A stretch of DNA of 63,741 nucleotides, counting the filler, from Choristocarpus tenellus KU-1152 (lineage: Eukaryota > Protista > Phaeophyceae): NCBI GenBank assembly GCA_964200185.2. It is 11 parts of 11 records of this genome, joined end to end, with 100 filler letters (N's around TTAATTAATTAA, not from the genome) between each part and the next. Parts side by side here need not be neighbours in the genome. Positions count along the whole stretch, not along the records: positions 44,589 to 52,271 come from CAXNAD020005760.1; positions 52,372 to 56,089 come from CAXNAD020018323.1; positions 56,190 to 63,741 come from CAXNAD020005976.1; 8 more parts are not named here. One strand, given 5' to 3'. Under the pieces are notes generated by a model. That model ran no database searches, was not told the origin of the DNA, and saw only the letters and a list, made by a program, of their open reading frames with translations. A program made the translations under genes and the position numbers. Below are positions 49,706 to 59,900 of this stretch, piece by piece; positions within the stretch are counted from its first letter, which is position 1, and every line of letters begins with the position of its first letter.

Positions 49706-49932
49706 TAAACGAGAGGTAGCCAAGTTTTGGGCATTTTGCACATTAAGCCGCTATTTTTAATCTTTTGCATTTCACGCGTTTTCTATGGATAAACTGCTGA
49801 GTTTGACTCACTCTATTGTCTTAAACGTTTCAATAGAATTCAGAAAAATCCCTATACACATTTGTAAGAAAACCAAATTTTACATTTATTTGTCAGGATC
49901 CTTAAAATGCAACTCTGAGTACCTCTCCTTTA
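49706..49932 (+). mobile_element. Older MITE family E; a partial copy also lies at about 13637-13695
   Basis: TAAACGAGAGGTAGCC...GAGTACCTCTCCTTTA inverted ends; internal block shared with 27752-27971, 38988-39222 and 13637-13695. Confidence 0.78.
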
Positions 49933-51439
49933 CTTTCGCACTGAAGGTGATGAGGTGCAGGATTATCGTGGTGACTATGAGAACGATCTTGATCCTGAGT
50001 ACGATGGGACTGGTCAGGAACAGAATGATAATGGAGGATGTGATGATAACAATTAATTTGACTTGGAGGATGAAGGAGAATTCAAGACAGAGAAGGGAAA
50101 AGAGGAAGAAGAGGAGGAAAAGGAGGATGTTGCTCCTAAAACTGCAATGGCAGGTAGCGGGCATGTTGAACAAGTAAGTGATGACTATGTTGAAGGGTCA
50201 AACCAAATATATATATGTGTGTGTGTGTGTGTGGATGACGATGGCAAATCCAATCCAAATGGTAAATCCCTCCTAAAAGAAAACCCTATCGCTGTCTTTG
50301 GTAGTAGTATGTCAACCATAATGTTGGATCTATATCAGTAGTCAAGATTGTAGGGAGGAAAGTCAATGATTGTGCTGGTGAGTACGGTGATACTATAATA
50401 ATATGACTATAACAACCTACTTGTGCAAGAGAACTAGTGGCAACAGTACCTTTTCTTGTTTTAAGGAGAGCTGGTTGAGGTAAGGATTCTGCCTCTTGTT
50501 CGTTTTGGTATCCATCTTCGTAGGGCTGGTGCAGGATTGATTGTCCACACTATTAATCGCATGATGTTAAGAAGTTCATTTTTTTTTCATCATTCCTAAA
50601 TAATGCTTTCAAGAATTGTTCTCATTTATTTTCCTCACCATTGAGGGTTGTACTGGCTAGAACGACACTTCTACTTCGGTTTGTGATTTTCTTACAATAC
50701 CTACATGTAGTGTCGAGTTGTATTTTTCTTCCACTGTGTGATGTTGTCAAGCTGGGGATATTTGTTTGAACTACGGCAAATGTGGAAAGGATGTTTGTCT
50801 GTTGTTATCCGTTATTGCCGTATGCCATGTACCGTTATACCGTTACACCATTATACCGATTGAGGTTTCCTTGTCGGGATTTTCTGATTCCAGCGGAGAA
50901 TCTTCCAAATAATCGAGGTGGGAAATTTTGTGCAAGAAACCAATCCCACAAGTAATACTCATCCCTGTAACCAGAGATATGCATTACTTGGGGAATTTTG
51001 TGATGATTCCTCTCTCGTAAGATTCTCATCACCCCACAGTTTTTCTGCAAGTCCTTGCAGTCTTGCGCTTGTCCAACCTTAATCTTGTCCTCTCGGTTAA
51101 GTTTCGTCTTGGTCCGTCTGGTCCGTCTTGCCCGGTGATTTTTGTGCAATTTACCTTGGGAGGTAATGCTATTCATCAGTAGTGAAGACAAGATGGTGTG
51201 AAGCCTCACATGATCCCCTTCGTTGAACGTGGAAAGAACGGATGGATGGAATTTGAAGAATGACCTTTGTGGGGTGTATTCTATTCCTTATTTATTATTA
51301 TTTGTCTCATACGTAAGTCAACGTTTATGTCAGAGAATTCTAATTGCAATACCAAACTCCATACACAATCCAGATGTACTATTTCATTAGTTACATCACA
51401 TGGACTCAATTCAACGCAATAATCTCACACACACAAAAC

Positions 51440-51931
51440 AAGGTACACCTCTTTATTATCCTATTTTGCACACTCCCCATGAGAGTGCAGGCAATGAAAG
51501 GTTGCTGGAACACTCAAAACTAAAACATCTTATTCTGCACACTCCCCCATGAGAGTGGAAGTAAAAGAAGACAGATTGATTCAACTCTCACACAAGTCAC
51601 ATTTATCATTTCAATGCAGTAAAAGAACACAGACTGCTTCGACTCTAACACACGACACATTCATCTAGTCAACACAGTCTCTACAAGTCTTCTAACTGCT
51701 TCTTACGTTATCTTTTGGTCAAGATGTCTGCAAGTTGTATTGTTGTGGGTATATACTTTACTCAAAAAACTCCTTGATTGACATACTCCCCGGTGCATTT
51801 CAGCTTGATGTCGAAATGCCTTGTTCTTCCGTTGAAGCTTTCAGTTAGTGCTGTTTGGATCGCACTTTGATTGTCCCCATACAAGGTCGTGGCCCCTTGG
51901 GGTATGCCCAGCTCCCCCAGGATGCCTCTGA
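51440..51931 (-). mobile_element. Ty1/copia LTR retrotransposon remnant: RNase H end, 3' UTR, polypurine tract and start of the 3' LTR
   Basis: LRGILGELG...TTLYGDNQSAI...RTRHFDIK...GVF*VKYIPTTIQLADILTK (copia RNase H with one stop); GGGGAG-TG PPT/LTR junctions near 51471-51478 and 51540-51548. Confidence 0.9.
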
Positions 51932-52172
51932 GAGTGAAGTATCTTAGAGGGTACGAGTTTTGCCCTGTTTTTCCATTTGGGGCTTGGCTTCCCACAGGCT
52001 TTTAATTACATTTTACCAACTCCAAAATGTTCCGGAGTAGGTAAAACGTATACGTTATGAAAAGGTGTGTCCGAAACAAGGATATTGACATCTCTTAACA
52101 AACACGATAGCCAAAATTACATCAAAAGTGCAACATTGGATTTTGGGCCCCAAATGGACGCGGCTCTACCCT
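51932..52172 (+). mobile_element. MITE subfamily A abutting the copia RNase H; right TIR cut off by another sequence
   Basis: Left TIR and body intact. Homology stops at CTCTACCCT and is replaced by TGTTAAGAATATG... Confidence 0.9.
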
Positions 52173-53957
52173 TGTTAAGAATATGCTTTTTATTCATGTA
52201 TAAAAGAAGATTCTATAGAAGAAACAATTTAAGAATGAAGAGACAGTATTTGTATTCTGAAGAAAAAGAAGNNNNNNNNNNNNNNNNNNNNNNNNNNNNN
52301 NNNNNNNNNNNNNNNTTAATTAATTAANNNNNNNNNNNNNNNNNNNNNNNNNNNNNNNNNNNNNNNNNNNNCTTGCCCTTCCAACTTGCTAAACAACTCT
52401 GCTACATGCTCGTACGGCACTACTCGTTTAGGTTCTGGAGGACTCGGATCTTCTACCAATTCTGCGCCAGTCCCTGGAATTGTCCTCGGCCTGGTTCTTT
52501 GTGCGAGCAGAGACTTTTCTGAATTCTGTCAAAAAAAATTGTGAGCAATAGAGAAGTTAATGCCCTCCAATCAATCTTAACATGTAATCCATCGAAAAGT
52601 GTGTGAATTGCTAAAGATGAACAAAAAAAATTACTTTAAATGCAAACCGACTAAGCCCGGGATACATGCCGTTTACTTTGGCTTGCTATGGATCCCAACA
52701 TGAGTTGGAGACGGAAGATATCAAGAATAATTTAGAAGACCTAACGATATTCCCTCCTAGAGAAAGAGCTCCATGAAACCTTCTTGAGGCAGCGCGCCCT
52801 GGCAGCTCAGCTGGGTATTCTTGGATTTACTCTGCATGACAGAATGAAAAAGCTTGGTTTAAGGGCATGTTCAACCCATCTAAAGCCGTTTCCATAATGA
52901 TGAGGGCAAGCCACAAAAACTGAGATGGACAATACACTACTAGGTGAATGAGGGGCCAGGAGATTTGAAAGACCTTCCACCAAATCGCTGACTTTGTCCA
53001 TGTGGATGAGAGGTGTTTTTTTCTACATGGATGATCACTAGCACTACCTCAATGACTGATCATGACGAGTGAGTCTCGAGCCCACAACGTACATATTTCC
53101 TGTTGACCCAAAACTTTGATACATATCTCTTGACCTAAATCAACGCGATACTACGTTCCTGTTAAGAGACAGTATAATAGTTATACCAATCATCAGACCA
53201 TATTCTTAGGTAGGCGATTACTTTCGGTATACTCAATATGGACGATAGGTGTTCAAAACACTATCACTTTACGCAGTGTAGGAAATGTGAATATAATGAG
53301 TGTACTCGTTTGGCTTTGTGGTTAAGGTGGTAGGTAAGTGTGTGAATATGTGGTAGTAGTCGAAAGGGATAAACGTAAGACTTATTTTAATGTGATTATG
53401 GTCGATTACAGGGATGGTTATTGGGGGGTATATAACGGTATGGTAAAAAATAAACAAGGTAAAATGATTGGGAGTATGAGTTAGACTGTTTTTTAATATT
53501 TGTTTGTGCGTGTGTTAATGAAGAACCGGATATTGCTGTCCTTGACGAATTCCTGGTGAATTATGTCGTATTAGAGTGCACAAAATATCGGTTTTCAGGA
53601 AACAAATATATATATCAATCTACAAATCTACAAATCAACTAGATCCGATCCGTAATACAATTTGTGTGTACAATTGGGGTAGGTGTTGAAGACTATTCGT
53701 CAAGACGACGAAGTAACACGAAGGTGTCACCCAACGTACAAAGCATTCACGGAGGAGGTTTGTCTAACGGCTTTAGAATCCACAGATTCCCTGAGATTGA
53801 TCAGTCTATGCTCCGTTCCCTACTCACTTGATGAATTGTTGTATGCGATATGTAGTTTCTTACATCCTCCCATTTGTAACACTCATCAACAAGTTATTCA
53901 CTAAAGTTATTCATCCCTTAATGGCATCCGTCATTCACTCGCGCTCAGGACATAAGA

Positions 53958-55814
53958 ATGAGCAAAGCTTTGAGATATTTGTCACTCCTGCTTTTGGCAA
54001 CCGTTGCCATGGTTCTTGCGGGTGAGTGAAACTATGGGACATGGTCTTCTTCGGTCGTTCTCATTTTGTGGGGCGATCCTACCTCGAAGAGCAAGAGATC
54101 CGAGTGATGGTGGTTGAATTATACCTTACTTTCCCCTTAAGTTCTATTTTGAAACCGAGAACTTGTGACTTTGATCATAGTGGTGATTCGTACAGTTAGG
54201 TGCTGAGTCTAGGTCTTGTTCGTATCGGAGAGATTACTTGACTGATAGCCTCGATGACTTGATATATTGATTGGACCAGCATGCATTGTGTGTGTGGTGA
54301 GTGACCACATATGTGGAAGGCGGAACTGACGCTATTTTCTTGTTATTCTGCCGGGGTCCTCTTGTGCAAGTACAAGCGCTAAAAAATACGAAGGCGAGGG
54401 TGAGGTTCGTGTGATAGCGTGCGCACTTAGGGAAGGATATATATATATATATAAGAGAAATAACTTTGGACTACGGTGTACAACCTCTGCTCATGACTTT
54501 TACTCCTTGCCAATTGAAAGGTTATCGCGGAGAGGGGTGTTGAGAAAGAGAATATCTTCGTTTAATGATAGAGTTGCCACGATTTTGGGACTACGGTTCA
54601 CAGTCTCTGCTCGTGATTTTTACTCCTTGCCAATTGAAAGGTTATCGCGGAGAGGGATGTTGAGAACGAGAATTTCTTCGTTTGATGATTGAGTTGGTAC
54701 GATGTCTGACTCTTCAAATTTCGCACCTTCTAGCATGGTTAGGCATGGCCGCGAGTGGAAACTCTTTTGTGGAGGGAGGTAGGGATGGAGTGTGAGCCTC
54801 TGCCATTTTATACTCGGAGATTGCGCATTCTACATAGAAATATTGTCTCATGTGGGATACCTTGACATAGTTTGAAGATCCAATATCATCTTGGGGCAAG
54901 CAGCTAAATCCCTTTATGACCTGGCCATTGCCTTATGTTGGAACAAAGGCGAGTTGTATCCGAGCACTCTTTTCTAATTTCCGTAAGCCTTGACAGCTTA
55001 CATGATACGCACTCTCTTGTTTGCGGTATCCCTCTCTACCAAATCCTGTCTCACTGCATCACTGCCTATAAAGATCCTTCTCTACCAAGAAAAGACATGT
55101 CTGAACATCACAAGTCAGAAAAACACGCAGTAGACCGGATGACTAACGGGCTGCGCGGTGGGAAGGGACAAGATCTTCCTGATGTTCCTTTCATCAAAAA
55201 CCATGGTGTCAGGCGGAGATGGGACGAATGCCTTGGTAAGGGATGATAATGTAGGATCTTGTGCCTCCTTGAGAAGGTTATGTGTGTGTTTGATGTGACA
55301 CAATGGATATGTCCCTGAGGTGGAGGTTGGGCTTTTCTTTTGCTTGTGCGTGAGAGATTTATATGTATCTGTAAATCTGAAGACTTCGGATTGGAGGAAA
55401 GTAGAGACATATATGAGCTTTTCGCTAATATTGAATGCTCTTGTATAGTTTCCTTGTTGATTCCGAGTCTGAGTGTGATGGTGAAGCATGTAATGACACA
55501 AGAATACTGGATATTATAATCGCACCATGCACCATGTAGTGGCAGCTCTCTTCATGCCAGACTTCTAATTTGATGTCCCCTTATGACCTCAAGTTTTGGT
55601 CCATCTCGCTTTGCTCACTCTTGCGCACATGTATCAACTGTCACCGCACACATAATATTACCTTATACAATGTATCACAAAAGCAACTTATAGGTTGGTT
55701 TGTGCTCACTCATACATATCTGCACCATGTTTGGTAGGCATGGATGGAGAGGAAGCTGTGAACCTTATCAAGACGGAGCGTCCGGACCTACGCAAAGTCA
55801 TACTAACGAGTCAG
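53958..55814 (+). CDS. Secreted potato inhibitor I family (I13) serine-protease inhibitor, 3'-partial; exons 53958-54021, 55074-55235, 55738-55814
   Basis: Exon 1 MSKALRYLSLLLLATVAMVLA is signal-peptide-like with a GTGAGT donor. Phase-1 joins give ...RRRWDECL|GMDGEEAVNLIKTERPDLRKVILTSQ, matching the WPELVGxxxEEAxxxIxxExP signature. The reactive-loop exon was not found before the contig end. Confidence 0.78.
54465..54703. repeat. Tandem duplication, period 120 bp, intronic
   Basis: Two copies of GGACTACGG...TACTCCTTGCCAATTGAAAGGTTATCGCGGAGAGGG...GAGTTG. Confidence 0.92.
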
Positions 55815-56189
55815 GTGAGCTTTCATTGTTGGTACCAAGGTAGTCTTCGGTTCACCATCTTGATGGCGTAGAATTGAGGTGAATGCCAACAGATGAGTCC
55901 TGGCTTGTGACCCCCTTCTGAATGATGGAATTGTGTGGGAGGTGCTTAACACCTTTAAATATATAAATAGTAAGACCAAGCCCTCTGATGTAAATTTGGG
56001 CATATTTGTTGTTGTGGTAGGAGGATAACAGTACTTGGGTCAAAGTATCTTGGGGGGGGGGTGTCGGCGACCGTTTTTCACCAATTTTTNNNNNNNNNNN
56101 NNNNNNNNNNNNNNNNNNNNNNNNNNNNNNNNNTTAATTAATTAANNNNNNNNNNNNNNNNNNNNNNNNNNNNNNNNNNNNNNNNNNNN

Positions 56190-56420
56190 CATCCATCCTC
56201 CGTCCATACTCCATCCATACTCCATCCATCCTCCATCCATACTCCATCCATACTCCATCCATACTCCATCCATACTCCATCCATCCTCCATCCATCCTCC
56301 ATCCATACTCCATCCATACTCCATCCATACTCCATCCATCCTCCATCCATACTCCATCCATACTCCATCCATACTCCATCCATCCTCCATCCATCCTCCA
56401 TCCATACTCCATCCATACTC
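56190..56420. repeat. Compound minisatellite of CCATCCATACT / CCATCCATCCT units at contig start
   Basis: Directly visible; explains three spurious MDGVWMEYGW ORFs. Confidence 0.95.
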
Positions 56421-56979
56421 TAGTAGGCACCGCTTCTTATTGACACCCCCATCTCTTTCATGACATAATGGAGTCTGTACAAGGCATATTTAGTTTCCCT
56501 CCAGGCAAAAAATTGACGTCATAATGCTTTTTTGAAGGGTGGTCTATGGCGGGAGCATTGAGAGTACTTTGCAGGCAATCATATATCTATGGTAACCTGG
56601 GGGGCAATGAAGAGTAAAGAGCTGACGTCTGTGGTGACAAAGCCGAACATACTAACCAGGATAGAGATTAACCTTAGTGTCCTTACTTTGACACAAGGGG
56701 GCATTGTGGAGAGTACGTACAACATACCCCACAATGCACTGAGAGTTAAGCATGGGTCTACCTCCACAAAAGGGAGAAGGGAGGGTGGTCATTGCGCAGG
56801 CCATGATTTATTTCGAAGCCCTGGAGATTGCCTACTTTATCTAATTTTGCATTGCCAATGATCAATTTCTCTTTGAGAGGGAAGGGGTCATCAACCTACT
56901 CACACCATCCTTGCCTTTCCTCACATAATTCATTGGTCCTCTCCATCTCCCAATGCCCTCATAATTCGTTGAATAGCAG

Positions 56980-59900
56980 AACCTATTCGCCTTTGTAAAT
57001 CCCCTAGAGGAGAAGCTGGCTGAGTTGCTGGCCTTGCTCATCCCTGCATGGGAGATGATCCGCAAGTCATCAGTACAAATGAGAAAACAGGATCGCAGAC
57101 GAAGTCAACGAACCAATGAAGGAGAAGTTAATGCCATGGAAGAAGCAGGGAGAGGAGGGTCTAGTTCTTGTATGGGAAACAGGATGCAGAGAACTCGAGA
57201 GCCAAGGATAGAAGCGAAAAGAGGAGGGGCAGGGGAGCGGATAGAGGGAGAGGTGTTTGCAAAGCTGGGCACTAGAACAGTTGCAGATGGACAAGGGGAT
57301 CTTCAAGGGAGAGTTCAGACACTGTTGATGTCAATAGCACAACATGGAGTCAATCTTGAGGTATGAGGAGGGGTGAATTTCAACAAGCTGTGGGTGGGGA
57401 ATTGTAGGTATCCTCAAGTACATATTATTGGTTGGGTATAGTTAAAGGGAATGTTGTCCATCACCTTACATTCCTTTCCCTCCCCCCCCAAAAAAAATCA
57501 AATGAGCAAGTGAATGCAATGAACATGCATTTCCCATACTCCAATCCCATACTTATAAGAAGTATCTTTCCAAGTAAGGTATTGCCAATTCAAGGTCGGG
57601 CGCATGTGTTGAAAGAATTTAGGAGTACAAATATATACCAAATTGTGTTTTACAGCAAATGTTACGGAGTAGTCTGTAGTGCGGAGTGGAAGTATCTTAG
57701 AGGATACGAGTTTTGCCCTGCTTGTCCAATTGGCGCTTGGCTTCCCATGGGTTTTTTTATGACATTTTCCTATTCCAAAATGTTTCGGAGTAGGTAAAAT
57801 GTTTACGTTATGGAAAGGTGTGTCCAGAACAAGGATATTGACACTTCCTAACAAACGTGACAGCCAAAATTAAATCAAAATTGCAACATTGGATTTTGAC
57901 TCCCAAATGGACGCAGCTCTACCCTCTAAGATACTTTGGCTCACGGTACCCTAGAGCAAATTCAACTATAAGGAAAAAACATCTTGAGCACAGCAAATTC
58001 ATTTGGGAATACATGGCTCTTCCTGAGAATGGAGCACTGGTAGAGTTTTCCAGCGTGCCTTGATCTCAATTGCAACAGGTGTCTGGGACAGCCAATCATG
58101 GGAAGCAAAGGTGTAATTCAGTCAATTAAAAACCTTCTGTTTCACCATGGTACTGGTTTCAATATTTTTAGCAACCACCATAACCCTAATCCAAAGCAAG
58201 ACCACAGTTGCACTCAAGCATGGCCTGTTGAATCTGTTACATCTGTTACATTAGACTTCTTCCATGGCTTAGTACACAGCAACATACTCTGATATTTTTT
58301 CCTCACCTTTTGCCAAGCTATCATATTGCACTGGACCTGTCTTGTACCGCCCCTAATTGTCTCTCCAACTCAACCTGGTTAAGGGTGTATACACACCCTG
58401 TGCTTTATGTTAGAGTCAAAGCCTTTAAGAGGGTAGGGTCACATCTGTTCGGGATCATAAATCCAATGTCGCGATTTTGATTAATTTTGGCTATCATGTT
58501 TGTGTTCAAGTGTCATCCACGCTCCAGACACACCTTTCATAGTTGTATACATTTTAGGTACCTGTATTCACCCTTAAAACCGAAAAAGAGCTGAAAAAAA
58601 CGTGGGAAGCCAAGCCCCAAATGGATGAACAGGGCAAAACTCTTACCCTCTTAAATGCTCTGGGTCTTACTAGCACACACAAAACTCCAGGCTGGCAAAA
58701 GGCCATGTAAAAAATACGACATTACTGATTCGTAGCCCATTACATTTTTACATTTTTTCAACAGAACAGAGTGGCAGTACATGACCATAGCAGGGGTCAG
58801 AAATTCTGCAGTACATAGTCTGCTAGTCTATTGACCATGGACCAGGAATCGCACTTCCACTTACCAATAGCACCAACCCTAACTCTAACTCTACAGGCAA
58901 TGGTGTTGCATCAGGCCATTAGGATTTATTCAAACTGTGAGACCCCTAACCCAAATTCTCGATATTGGCATCAATCATGCCCACACACACACTATCCGCG
59001 TTGTAAGTATTACTTCCATAATGTTGCATCCATCTCCTCTTATGCACATACATTATCAATGTCATTACTATCATTAGTCCTATCATTAGTACTATCATTA
59101 GTACTATCATTAGTACTGTTATTATTATTATTTCTACTACTACTACTACGACTGCTGCCAATTACTATTACTCCCACAGTGCTATGTCCATTGTCAGGGA
59201 AACATGCTGTCACAAGGGAGGTATGCAGAAAGTGCCTACTCAAACACTCTTGAATGTTTTTTTGTTCCTCCCTCACCAAATGCATGTTGGAGTCAAAGTA
59301 TCTTAGAGGGTAGGGCTGCATCCATTAGGGATCCAAAATCCAATGTTGGGATTTTGATGAAAATTTGACTATCGTGTTTGTTAGGAGTCAATATCCTTGT
59401 TCCAGGCACACCTTTTCATAACGTATACATTTTACCCACTCCGAAACACTTTGGAGTAGGAAAATCTCATTAAAATAATACATAGGAAGCCAAGCCCCAA
59501 ATGGACAAACCGGGCAAAACTCTTACCCTCTAAGGTACTTTCACTCGTTGACCCCTTTCAGGACTACATGCCCATGCCAGATGAAGAAGTCGACATTACT
59601 CAAGAGGGTGCCGTTGCTCTGGAGAAAGGGAAGGGAACGACTAAGGTCAGAATCAGTTGAGGAGAAGCAGTAATCTTGATGGCAAAAAGTAGAGTGAAGC
59701 AATAATTTCTTGTCCAGGACAAGGGACTTGTTGCGAAAATGCTTTGTTATCAGTGGATAGAGTCAACGTATATACTCTGGGTTACTTCAAAAGCAGGCAA
59801 TGGATTATTTTTCCGCCGTGTTCTCCTAAAGACAAGAGGTTCAAAGATTTAAGTGGGCCTGTTCATCATCTCGACCTTTACTGTCCTGTGGATAGGAACC

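Noticed and set aside
49540-50175. Acidic exon-like segments
   Set aside because: An in-frame stop and no recognisable domain; cannot distinguish a pseudo-exon from purine-rich low complexity.
52372-52526. Minus-strand open segment ...PKRVVPYEHVAELFSKLEGQ, faintly like pogo/CENP-B transposase tails
   Set aside because: Too short, and truncated by the contig end.
56134-56430. Three overlapping MDGVWMEYGW-repeat ORFs; also poly-Gly, poly-Pro and LTLTLT ORFs at 4, 29244 and 25830
   Set aside because: Translations of simple repeats and homopolymers.
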